This document shows positions 46,833 through 55,898 of a DNA stretch of 63,700 nt, one piece after another (the first letter of the stretch is position 1; every line of letters begins with the position of its first letter). Source of the DNA: Rubrivivax sp. GTDB lineage: Bacteria > Pseudomonadota > Gammaproteobacteria > Burkholderiales > Burkholderiaceae_C. The stretch is from contig DATDER010000056.1 of the NCBI GenBank assembly GCA_036523095.1, positions 1-63,700 on the forward strand, read 5' to 3'. A model generated the notes under the pieces. The model saw only the letters and a list, made by a program, of their open reading frames with translations. It was not told the DNA's origin and did no database searches. The translations under genes and the position numbers were made by a program.

Positions 46833-47019
46833 CGGCCCGGCGCAGAAGTCCGCTGCCACCGAACCGTTGCGGGGGCCGGGGCCGCGGGCGATGTGCACCG
46901 GGCGCCGCCTGCGCAGCACCGACCTCTTCGGCAGCCAGCAAGAGGTCGAGATCGAACACGGCCCGGCGGTGTACCGGCTGCGCCTGACCTCGCTGGGCAA
47001 GTTGATACTAACCAAGTGA
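46807..47019 (+). CDS. hemP: hemin uptake protein HemP
   Basis: IEHGPAVYRLRLTSLGKLILTK signature; start uncertain. Confidence 0.88.
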   Translation: MANAPSPHSGPAQKSAATEPLRGPGPRAMCTGRRLRSTDLFGSQQEVEIEHGPAVYRLRLTSLGKLILTK

Positions 47020-47086
47020 CGCGGCGATAACGGCTGCCCCGAGCGCGCGGGTCGGGGCCACGACCCCAGCGGGTAGCATCCCGCGC

Positions 47087-47707
47087 ATGTCCGCTGCCGA
47101 CCTGATGGGCCACCTGCTGACCTTCATCGTGCGCCTGATCACGGGCGCGCAAGGGCATTGGAGCGGCAGCCCGCCGAAGGCCGAGCAGCGCATCTATTTC
47201 GCCAACCATCAGAGCCACCTCGACTGGGTGCTGATCTGGGCCGCGCTGCCGCACGACCTGCGGATGCGCACACGCCCGATCGCGGCCAGGGACTACTGGA
47301 CCGGCAGCCGCTTCAAGCACTGGATCACACGCGAGGTCTTCAACGCGGTCTATGTCAGTCGCACACGCAGTGAAGACCAGGATCCGCTCGAGCCGCTCGT
47401 CGATGCCCTGCGGCACGGCGACTCGCTCGTGATCTTTCCCGAAGGCACCCGCAGCAGCAAGGGCGCACCGCAGCCCTTCAAGAGCGGGCTGTACCACCTG
47501 GCCGAGCAGTTCGCGCAGGTGCCGCTGGTCCCGGTCTGGATCGACAACGTGCAGCGCGTGATGCCGAAGGGCGAGGTGGTGCCGGTGCCGATCCTGTGCA
47601 CGGCGACCTTCGGCGCACCGCTGCAGTTGCAGCAGGGCGAGGACAAACGGGCCTTCCTGGCGCGCGCGCGCGAAGCCGTGGTCGCGTTGCGTCCTGCGGC
47701 GTCATGA
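47087..47707 (+). CDS. lysophospholipid acyltransferase (PlsC family)
   Basis: NHQSHLD, FPEGTRS. Confidence 0.92.
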   Translation: MSAADLMGHLLTFIVRLITGAQGHWSGSPPKAEQRIYFANHQSHLDWVLIWAALPHDLRMRTRPIAARDYWTGSRFKHWITREVFNAVYVSRTRSEDQDPLEPLVDALRHGDSLVIFPEGTRSSKGAPQPFKSGLYHLAEQFAQVPLVPVWIDNVQRVMPKGEVVPVPILCTATFGAPLQLQQGEDKRAFLARAREAVVALRPAAS

Positions 47708-48678
47708 GCCGGCTCGCCGAACTGTCGGTAAGCGAACAGGTCAGCGCGCTCTTCATTGCGCTCTTCGGACTGCTGCTGCTGCTGAGCGCGCTGGCGATGC
47801 TGTGGTCGCTGCGCGAGCGCGACAGCGGGCACGCGCACCGCCACGAGCGTTTCAAGCGCGAATTGCGTGCCCTGTGGATCGGCGCCGTGGTGTTCTGGCT
47901 CGCCTGGATCTCCGGACCGGCCGGCGCCACGCTCACGGTGGGCATCTTCTCGTTCCTGGCGCTGCGCGAGTTCATCACGCTCGCACACACCCGCCGCGGC
48001 GACCACCGCAGCCTGATCCTGGCCTTCTTCGTCGTGTTGCCGCTGCAGTACCTGATCGTGGCCTGGCGCAGCTTCGATCTCTTCACCGTCTTCATCCCGG
48101 TCTATGTCTTCCTGGCGTTGCCGGTGGTGAGCGCGCTGGCGGGCGACCCCCAGCGCTTCCTCGAGCGCACGGCCAAGATCCAGTGGGGCATCATGGTCTG
48201 CGTCTACGGCCTGAGCCACGTGCCGGCGCTGCTGCTGCTCGAGTTGCCGCGTTACGCCGGGCGCGGCGCCTTCCTGCTCTTCTTCCTCGTCATCGTGGCC
48301 GCCACGGCGCACATCGCCCAAGAAGCCGCGAGCCGGCGCCTGCGCCGGCGCCCGGTGGCGCGCCACATCGACCGCTCCTTTTCTTTCCGCGCCTGGGCCC
48401 TCGGCGCCGCTGCCGCGGCGGGGGTGGGCGCCGCGCTGTGGTGGATCACCCCCTTCGACCCGCTTCGCGCCGCCACGATGGGGGCCCTGGCCGGCGGCGC
48501 CGGCACGCTCGGCGACCTGGTGATGCGGGCGCTGAAAAAAGACGCCGGCGTGCGCTACTGGGGCAACACCGCCAGCGTCACCGGCGCCGTCGGCCTGCTC
48601 GACCGCGTGGCACCGCTTTGTTTCGCGGCGCCGGCATTCTTTCACTCGGTGCGCTGGTACTTCCGCCTCTGGGCCTGA
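47704..48678 (+). CDS. phosphatidate cytidylyltransferase family (YnbB-like), catalytic motifs degenerate
   Basis: SFLALREFITL, FIPVY, SHVPALL, LLDR..CFAAP.FFH. Confidence 0.8.
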   Translation: MSRLAELSVSEQVSALFIALFGLLLLLSALAMLWSLRERDSGHAHRHERFKRELRALWIGAVVFWLAWISGPAGATLTVGIFSFLALREFITLAHTRRGDHRSLILAFFVVLPLQYLIVAWRSFDLFTVFIPVYVFLALPVVSALAGDPQRFLERTAKIQWGIMVCVYGLSHVPALLLLELPRYAGRGAFLLFFLVIVAATAHIAQEAASRRLRRRPVARHIDRSFSFRAWALGAAAAAGVGAALWWITPFDPLRAATMGALAGGAGTLGDLVMRALKKDAGVRYWGNTASVTGAVGLLDRVAPLCFAAPAFFHSVRWYFRLWA

Positions 48679-48793
48679 AGAGCCTCGCCGACTGTCCTAC
48701 AGGCCCCGATCGCGCCCGCTGACAGCGCAGCCGCAACGGCGGCGCCACGATCGAACCAGCACCGCCCTGCGGCGCAAATCGACGAGGAAAGCC

Positions 48794-49330
48794 ATGAACC
48801 CCGAGCTTCGCCACCCGCCCCACGTCACGAACACCGGCATCAACGACGACGTCCGTGTCACCGCCTTCAGTCCGAAGCGGCGCATCTGGCCCGGCGTGCT
48901 GGCCGCCGCGGTACTGGGCGCCGGCATCGCCGCCGTCGTGGTGTCGAATTACTACGACAGCCGTTCGATGGGCGAACGGCTCGATGACACGGTGCAAGCC
49001 ACCGGCCAGACGGTGCAAACGCAGGTCGACAAGCTCGAAGCCGGTGCCGCGAACGTGGCGCGTGACGGCGCTGCCGTGGGCGAACGCGTCGCCGGCGCGT
49101 TGGATGACGCGGGCATCACCGCGGCCGTGAAGACCGCGCTGGCGGCCGACCCCGCGCTGAGCGCGGTCAAGATCGAGGTCGACACCGACGCGGGTGTGGT
49201 GTCGCTGAGCGGGCCGGCGCCCGACGAGCGTTCGCGCGAACGCGCGGCAGTGATCGCGGCTGCACCCGAAGGTGTCGTGCGGGTCGACAACCGGCTCGTC
49301 GTGACACCGACCACGGCCCCCGGCGGCTGA
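48794..49330 (+). CDS. BON domain protein
   Basis: DDAGITAAVKTAL...GVVSLSG...GVVRVDNRL; N-terminal TM. Confidence 0.88.
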   Translation: MNPELRHPPHVTNTGINDDVRVTAFSPKRRIWPGVLAAAVLGAGIAAVVVSNYYDSRSMGERLDDTVQATGQTVQTQVDKLEAGAANVARDGAAVGERVAGALDDAGITAAVKTALAADPALSAVKIEVDTDAGVVSLSGPAPDERSRERAAVIAAAPEGVVRVDNRLVVTPTTAPGG

Positions 49331-49432
49331 GCCCGGCGCAGGGTTCGGTCTGAGATACTGACCGGCCCTTCCCCGCACGTGGCCGCCGCGGGCGGCCGTG
49401 CACACGACGGCTGCGCGCAGGGCCCGTTATGC

Positions 49433-49981
49433 ATGCGCATCCTCGGCATCGACCCCGGCCTGCAGAAAACCGGCTTCGGCGTCATCGAAGCCGACGGCGC
49501 GCGTCTGAGCTATGTCGCGAGCGGCACCATCAGCACGCTCGAAACGTCGCGCGGCGACCTGCCCGGCCGGCTGAAGATCATCTTCGACGGCGTGCGCGAA
49601 GTCGTTGAACGTTACGGGCCGGCACACGCCTCGGTCGAGATCGTCTTCGTCAACGTCAACCCGCAGAGCACCCTGCTGCTGGGGCAGGCGCGCGGCGCCG
49701 CGCTGGCTGCGCTGGTGTCGGGCGGGCTGCCGGTGGCCGAATACACCGCGCTGCAGATGAAGAAGGCGATCGTCGGCCACGGCCTGGCCAACAAGTCGCA
49801 GGTGCAGGAAATGGTCAAACGCCTGCTCGCGCTGCCCGGCCTGCCGGGCAGGGACGCTGCCGATGCGCTGGGGCTGGCGATATCGCACGCCCATGCCGGC
49901 GCCTCGTTCGCCGTGATTGCACAATCCACCGGCCTCGTGCGGCGCCAGCATGCGCAGTACGCCAAGGGCCGGACTTACTGA
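49433..49981 (+). CDS. ruvC: Holliday junction resolvase
   Basis: [20 protein letters not shown]. Confidence 0.96.
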   Translation: MRILGIDPGLQKTGFGVIEADGARLSYVASGTISTLETSRGDLPGRLKIIFDGVREVVERYGPAHASVEIVFVNVNPQSTLLLGQARGAALAALVSGGLPVAEYTALQMKKAIVGHGLANKSQVQEMVKRLLALPGLPGRDAADALGLAISHAHAGASFAVIAQSTGLVRRQHAQYAKGRTY

Positions 49982-49994
49982 CACAAGGAAAGCC

Positions 49995-50693
49995 ATGACA
50001 AGCCCCGTGAAAACCAGCTGGATCGACATCGCGCCCGGCTTCGGCGCCTACCTGGCCCTGCCACCGGCGAGCCGAGGCCCGGGGCTGGTGCTGTTCCAGG
50101 AGATCTTCGGTGTCAACGAACACATCCGCGCCGTGGCCGAGCAGTACGCGCTCGACGGTTTTGTGGTGCTGGCGCCGGATGTCTTCTGGCGCGGCGCACC
50201 GCGCATCGAACTCGGGTACAGCGCCGCCGACATCCAGCAGGGACGCGGCCTGATGCAGGCCTGCGCCCCAGCCGACCTGCTGGCCGACATCGGCGCCACC
50301 GTGGCCACCTTGCGCGCCCGGCCCGAAGTGGGCGGCGCGAAGGTCGGCGCGTTCGGTTACTGCCTGGGCGGGCGCCTCGCCTACCTAGCCGCGGCCACGG
50401 CGGATGTCGACGCTGCAGTGGCGTATTACGGCGGGGGCATCCACACCCAGCTCGAACACGCGGCGGCGATCCGCTGCCCGATCCAGTTCCACTACGCCGA
50501 CAACGACGACAACATCCCGCTCTCGGCAGTCGAGTCCGTGCGTGCCGCGATGGCGGGCAAGGCGGCCGAAGTGCTGGTCTACCCGGGCACGCACCACGGA
50601 TTCAACTGCTGGGCCCGTGGCTCGTACCACGCGCCGAGCGCGGCACTCGCGCATGGGCGCGCGCTCGCTTTCCTGGCCGCCACGCTGTTCTGA
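49995..50693 (+). CDS. dienelactone hydrolase family protein
   Basis: QEIFGVN, GYCLGG, HGF. Confidence 0.92.
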   Translation: MTSPVKTSWIDIAPGFGAYLALPPASRGPGLVLFQEIFGVNEHIRAVAEQYALDGFVVLAPDVFWRGAPRIELGYSAADIQQGRGLMQACAPADLLADIGATVATLRARPEVGGAKVGAFGYCLGGRLAYLAAATADVDAAVAYYGGGIHTQLEHAAAIRCPIQFHYADNDDNIPLSAVESVRAAMAGKAAEVLVYPGTHHGFNCWARGSYHAPSAALAHGRALAFLAATLF

Positions 50694-50745
50694 AGCGCCG
50701 CACCGGCCCCAAGACCCTGCGCTGAGAAGGTTCATATCCTGGGTT

Positions 50746-50763
50746 TTTGACCGGACGGTCAAA
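50746..50763. promoter_or_regulatory. palindromic TetR operator overlapping the -35
   Basis: TTTGACCG-GA-CGGTCAAA perfect inverted repeat; TTGACC-N16-TAGGAT promoter. Confidence 0.75.
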
Positions 50764-50780
50764 TTCGATAGGATGGCGTG

Positions 50781-51377
50781 ATGAACCGGCCGCGCCACTT
50801 CGATCTCGACGGCCTTCGCGAGTGCGTGACCGACGTGTTCGTCAAACATGGCTACCGCGGGACGTCGATGAGCATGCTCACCGAAGCGTCGGGACTGGGC
50901 AAACAGAGTCTCTACAACGCACTCGGCGACAAGGAAGCCGCCTATCTGCAGGCCATCGAGTGCGCCAGCCTGCGTTATGCGGCGCTGCAGGCGGCGATGC
51001 AGGACGCGTCCGATGGCCGGCAAGCCGTGCACAGGTTTTTCGATCAGGTGGTCGAAGTCTGCGCCGGCGCCGACCCAGCGCAGAACGTTTGCATGCTGAC
51101 GGCCGGGCTGATGGAGGGCATCGAAGCCGAGGCCATCGCGGCGAAGCTGCAGGAAAAGTGGCACGCACTTTGCAACCTGCTGCGCCTGTCGATCGAACGC
51201 GGCCAGCATGACGGTTCGATCCGCCGCGATGTAGGAAGCGACGTGCTGTGTGACGTGCTGGTCGCCCTGTTGGCGGGCATTCGCGTCGCCGCCAGGGCAC
51301 CCACGGACCGGACGTCGATCGAGACCACCGTCCGCTGGGTGCTGAAGTTGCTCGACGAGGGGTCACCGGCGCCCTGA
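50781..51377 (+). CDS. TetR family regulator (NemR/ComR-like)
   Basis: RPRHFD, GYRGTSM, SLYNALGDKE HTH; six Cys. Confidence 0.9.
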   Translation: MNRPRHFDLDGLRECVTDVFVKHGYRGTSMSMLTEASGLGKQSLYNALGDKEAAYLQAIECASLRYAALQAAMQDASDGRQAVHRFFDQVVEVCAGADPAQNVCMLTAGLMEGIEAEAIAAKLQEKWHALCNLLRLSIERGQHDGSIRRDVGSDVLCDVLVALLAGIRVAARAPTDRTSIETTVRWVLKLLDEGSPAP

Positions 51378-51448
51378 ACTGCACCAGATTTCCTGCCACC
51401 GTCATGCGCGGCGGTGAGCGTCCCTCCTTCTCTTTCAGGCTGAAAAAA

Positions 51449-52630
51449 ATGATGTCGACGACGCTCCTCTCGCCGCCCATGCCGTATCGGCACACCTTGC
51501 TTGCGGCCTTCTTGCTGGCCTGCGCCGCGCTGGCCGGCTGCAGCGGCGGCGCCGAGGCGCAGGGCGGGCCGCCGCCGGCTCCCCCGGTCAGCGTCGCCCC
51601 CGCGGTGCAACGCACCATTTCGGACAGCGAGGAGTTGAGCGGCCGGATCGAGGCCACCGAGTTCGTAGAGTTGCGCCCGAGCATTGCGGGCACCGTCGAC
51701 AAGGTGCACTTTGCCGACGGCGCGATGGTGACGAAGGGCCAGTTGCTGTTCAGCATCGACGCCCGGCCGTTGGCGGCCGAGCTGGCGCGGGCCGAGTCGC
51801 TGCTGGTGGTCGCACGCGCCCGGGCCGAGCTGGCCACCACCGAACTGGCGCGCGCGCAGTCCTTGCTGGACGCCAAGGCGGTGTCGAGGCAAGAGTTCGA
51901 CCAGCTCGGCGCCGGCGCCCGCACCAGCGATGCCGACATCAAGACCGCCGAAGCGCAGGTGCGCACGGCGCGGCTCAACCTCGACTACGCCAGCGTGCGC
52001 GCGCCCATCGCCGGCCGGGTCTCGCGTGCCGCCGTGACCGCGGGCAACCTGGTCAACGAGCAGGTGGTGCTGACATCGATCGCCAGCGTGGGCAAGGTCT
52101 ATGCGTACGTCGACGCCAGCGAGCAGACCTACCTGCGCATCAAGGCCTTGTCGGATCGTGCGCCGCGGGTGCGCATGGGCCTCGCCAACGAGGTGGGTTA
52201 CCCGCATGAAGGCAAGGTCGACTTCGTCGACAACCGCCTCAACCCGCAGACAGGTGCGATCCGCCTGCGCGCGGTGTTCGACAACAGCAAGGGCCAGTTC
52301 ACCCCCGGTCTGGCGGCGCGGCTGGTGCTGAGCACCAGCACGCCCTACAACGCGGTCATGGTGCCCGAGCGTGCGATCGGCACCGACCAGACCAAGAAGG
52401 TCGTCTACGTGGTCGCAGGCGACGGCAAGCCGCAGTTCCGCGAGATCAAGCTCGGCCCCTTGCTGGGCGGGATGCGGGTGGTCACCAACGGCGGCGTCAA
52501 GGCGGGCGAGAACGTCATCGTCGACGGCCTGCAGCGGGTCATCCCCGGCATGCCGGTGGCGCCCACGGTCTTGAAGGTGGACGAGCTGGGCATGCCGATC
52601 TTCCCGGCCCCCGCCGCACCGCAGCGCTGA
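51449..52630 (+). CDS. RND efflux periplasmic adaptor subunit
   Basis: Lipobox LAGC, VRAPIAGRV, FVDN...TGAIRLRA. Confidence 0.93.
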   Translation: MMSTTLLSPPMPYRHTLLAAFLLACAALAGCSGGAEAQGGPPPAPPVSVAPAVQRTISDSEELSGRIEATEFVELRPSIAGTVDKVHFADGAMVTKGQLLFSIDARPLAAELARAESLLVVARARAELATTELARAQSLLDAKAVSRQEFDQLGAGARTSDADIKTAEAQVRTARLNLDYASVRAPIAGRVSRAAVTAGNLVNEQVVLTSIASVGKVYAYVDASEQTYLRIKALSDRAPRVRMGLANEVGYPHEGKVDFVDNRLNPQTGAIRLRAVFDNSKGQFTPGLAARLVLSTSTPYNAVMVPERAIGTDQTKKVVYVVAGDGKPQFREIKLGPLLGGMRVVTNGGVKAGENVIVDGLQRVIPGMPVAPTVLKVDELGMPIFPAPAAPQR

Positions 52631-52646
52631 CCCAGGCGGCATCGAC

Positions 52647-55600
52647 ATGGACATCTCGCGCTTCTTCATCGACCGCCCGCGTTTTGCGGGTGTGCTGTCG
52701 ATCTTCATCTTCCTCGTCGGCACGCTGGCGATCTTCCAGCTGCCGATCTCCGAGTACCCCGAGGTCGCGCCGCCGCAGATCGTCGTGCGCGCGCAGTTCC
52801 CCGGTGCCAACCCGCGGGTCATCTCCGAGACGGTAGCGGCACCGCTCGAAGAGCAGATCAGCGGCATCGAGAACCTGCTGTACTTCGACTCGCAGGCCAC
52901 CGCCGACGGCGGCATGTCGCTGACCGTCACGTTCAAGATCGGCACCAGCCCCGAGGCGGCCGAGACGGCGGTGCAGAACCGTATCAACCGCGCCTTGCCG
53001 CGACTGCCCGAGACGGTGCGCCAGATCGGCGTGACGACCGAGAAATCGAGCCCGAACCTGACGATGGTGGTCCACCTCGTCAGCCCCGACAACAGCCGCG
53101 ACGCGCTGTACCTGCGCAACTACGGCCAGCTGAACGTGCGCGACGACCTGCTGCGCATTCCCGGCATGGGCTCGGTGCTGCTGTTCGGTGCCGGCGACTA
53201 CGCGATGCGCGTGTGGCTCGACCCGGCCAAGCTGGCGACCCGCAACCTCACCACGGCCGAGGTGGTCGGCGCCATCCGCGAACAGAACGCGCAGGTCGCC
53301 GCTGGCACAGTGGGCGCACCGCCCGCACCCAAGGGCACCGAGTTCCAGCTCGCCGTCAACACGCAGGGCCGGCTCACGACCGAAGAAGAGTTCGCCGACA
53401 TCATCGTGCGCGCCGACCCGGCCACCGGCGGGCTGATCCGGATCCGCGACATCGGCCGCGTCGAGCTGTCGGCCAGCTCGTACGCGCTGCGCAGCCTGCT
53501 CAACAACAAGGAAGCCGCGGCCATCGCCATCTTCCAGGCGCCGGGCTCCAACGCGCTGGCGCTGTCGAACGACGTGCGCGCTGCGATGGAGCGGCTCGCG
53601 CCCGGATTCCCGGCCGGCATGGGCTATGACATCGTCTACGACCCGACCCGCTTCGTGCAGACCTCGATCGAGAAGGTGGTGATCACGCTGCTCGAGGCGG
53701 TGGCGCTGGTGGTGCTGGTCGTCATCGTGTTCCTGCAGACCTGGCGTGCGTCGCTGATCCCGCTGCTGGCGGTGCCGGTGTCGATCGTCGGCACCTTCGC
53801 CTTCCTGCTGCTGCTGGGTTATTCGATCAACACGCTGACGCTGTTCGGCCTCGTGCTGGCGATCGGCATCGTCGTCGACGACGCCATCGTGGTGGTGGAA
53901 AACGTCGAGCGCAACATCGAGAGCGGGCTCAGCCCGCGCGACGCCACGGTCAAGGCGATGCACGAGGTCTCAGGACCCATCATCGCGATCGCACTCGTGC
54001 TGTGCGCGGTGTTCGTCCCGCTCGCCTTCGTTCCCGGATTGACGGGGCAGTTCTACAAGCAGTTCGCCGTCACCATCGCCATCAGCACGGTGATCTCGGC
54101 CTTCAATTCACTGACGCTGAGCCCGGCCTTGAGCGCCCTCCTGCTGCGCCCGCACGATGCGCCGAAGGACGCGCTGACCCGTGGCATGGACCTCGTCTTC
54201 GGCGGCTTCTTCCGCTGGTTCAACCGCTTCTTCGGCCGCGCCAGCAATGCCTACGGCCGCCGGGTCACCGGCATGGTGCAGCGCAAGTCGATCTCGTTGA
54301 TCGTCTATGCCGTGCTGCTCGGCGCGACGGCGCTGCTGTTCGCCCGCATCCCGGGCGGCTTCGTCCCTGCGCCCGACAAGCAATACCTGATCGGCATCGC
54401 ACAACTCCCCGCCGGGGCGTCCATCGACCGCACCGACGCGGTGATCCGCCAGATGAGCGAGATCGCGCTCAAGGTGCCGGGCATCATCGACTCGGTCGCC
54501 TTCCCAGGGCTGTCGATCGCCGGCTTCTCGGCTTCACCCAACGAAGGCATCGTGTTCTTCGGCCTCGCTGACTTCGAGAAACGGACCGATCCCTCGTTGA
54601 GCAAGAACGCCATCCTCGGCCAGGTGAACGGCGCGATCCAGCAGATCCAGGGTGCACGCATGTTCGTCGTGCCGCCGCCCGCGGTCGACGGCCTGGGCAA
54701 TGCCGGCGGTTTCAAGCTGCAGGTGCAGGACCGCGCCGGGCTCGGCGAGCAGGCGCTTTTCGGCGCCGTCTGGGGCACGCTGGGCCAGGTCTACGGCAAC
54801 CCCAAGTCGAGCATCGGCACGCCCTACTCTGGTTACGACATCAATGTGCCGCAGCTCTACGCCAACGTCGACCGCACCCGCGCCAAGCAGATGGGCATCA
54901 ACCTGGCCGACATCTACGACACGATGCAGGTCAACCTGGGATCGCTCTACGTCAACGACTTCTCCAAGTTCGGCAAGACCTACCAGGTGGTGGTGCAGGC
55001 CGACTTCCCGTACCGGGCCGACGCCTCGGCGATCACCAGCCTCAAGACCCGCAATGCGGCCGGCGAGATGGTGCCGCTGGGCGCGCTGATGAAGGTCGAA
55101 CCCACCTTCGGGCCGACCCGCGTCACCCGTTACAACGGCTTCCCCTCGGCCGACGTCAACGGCGCGGCAAACCCGGGCTTTTCGTCGAGCGAGGCCGAAG
55201 CCGAGATCGAGACCCTGCTCAAGCGCACGCTGCCGCGGGGCATGAGCTACGAGTGGACCGAACTGACCTACCAGGACCGGCTGACCCGCGACATCACGCT
55301 GCCCGGCACGCAGATCAGCGTGCCGGTGCTCGCGGCGGTGCTGGCGATTTCGGTCCTGCTGGTGATCCTGGTGCTGGCGGCGCAATACGAGAGCTGGAGC
55401 CTGCCGATGGTGATCGTGATGATCGTGCCGATGGGCATCCTGTCGGCGCTGTTCGGGGTCTGGATCTCGAGCCTGCCGCCCTTCATGCAACCCGGTGACC
55501 TGAACATCTTCACCCAGGTCGCGCTGGTGGTGCTGGTCGGCCTGGCCTGCAAGAACGCGATCCTGATCGTCGAGTTCGCCAAGGAGCTGGAAGAGCACGG

Positions 55601-55898
55601 TGAAAAGCTCATCGACGCCGTGATCCACGCCTGCCGCATGCGGTTGCGCCCGATCCTGATGACCTCGATCGCCTTCTGCGCCGGCGTGATCCCGCTCATC
55701 CTCGGCAGCGGCGCGGGCAGCGAGATGCGGCGTGCGATGGGCATCGCCGTGTTTTCGGGCATGGTGGGCGTGACGCTGTTCGGCATCTTCCTGACGCCCG
55801 TGTTCTACGTCCTGCTGCGCAGCCGCAAGGTGCGGCGTGCGGCCGTGCAGCCCCACCCGCAGGGCCATGCCGCCGAAGGAGGGGGTCACCATGTCTGA
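52647..55898 (+). CDS. RND efflux permease (HAE1, MexF/BpeF-like)
   Basis: FFIDRP, IGIVVDDAIVVVENVER, GLACKNAILIVEFA, RLRPILMTS. Confidence 0.95.
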   Translation: MDISRFFIDRPRFAGVLSIFIFLVGTLAIFQLPISEYPEVAPPQIVVRAQFPGANPRVISETVAAPLEEQISGIENLLYFDSQATADGGMSLTVTFKIGTSPEAAETAVQNRINRALPRLPETVRQIGVTTEKSSPNLTMVVHLVSPDNSRDALYLRNYGQLNVRDDLLRIPGMGSVLLFGAGDYAMRVWLDPAKLATRNLTTAEVVGAIREQNAQVAAGTVGAPPAPKGTEFQLAVNTQGRLTTEEEFADIIVRADPATGGLIRIRDIGRVELSASSYALRSLLNNKEAAAIAIFQAPGSNALALSNDVRAAMERLAPGFPAGMGYDIVYDPTRFVQTSIEKVVITLLEAVALVVLVVIVFLQTWRASLIPLLAVPVSIVGTFAFLLLLGYSINTLTLFGLVLAIGIVVDDAIVVVENVERNIESGLSPRDATVKAMHEVSGPIIAIALVLCAVFVPLAFVPGLTGQFYKQFAVTIAISTVISAFNSLTLSPALSALLLRPHDAPKDALTRGMDLVFGGFFRWFNRFFGRASNAYGRRVTGMVQRKSISLIVYAVLLGATALLFARIPGGFVPAPDKQYLIGIAQLPAGASIDRTDAVIRQMSEIALKVPGIIDSVAFPGLSIAGFSASPNEGIVFFGLADFEKRTDPSLSKNAILGQVNGAIQQIQGARMFVVPPPAVDGLGNAGGFKLQVQDRAGLGEQALFGAVWGTLGQVYGNPKSSIGTPYSGYDINVPQLYANVDRTRAKQMGINLADIYDTMQVNLGSLYVNDFSKFGKTYQVVVQADFPYRADASAITSLKTRNAAGEMVPLGALMKVEPTFGPTRVTRYNGFPSADVNGAANPGFSSSEAEAEIETLLKRTLPRGMSYEWTELTYQDRLTRDITLPGTQISVPVLAAVLAISVLLVILVLAAQYESWSLPMVIVMIVPMGILSALFGVWISSLPPFMQPGDLNIFTQVALVVLVGLACKNAILIVEFAKELEEHGEKLIDAVIHACRMRLRPILMTSIAFCAGVIPLILGSGAGSEMRRAMGIAVFSGMVGVTLFGIFLTPVFYVLLRSRKVRRAAVQPHPQGHAAEGGGHHV

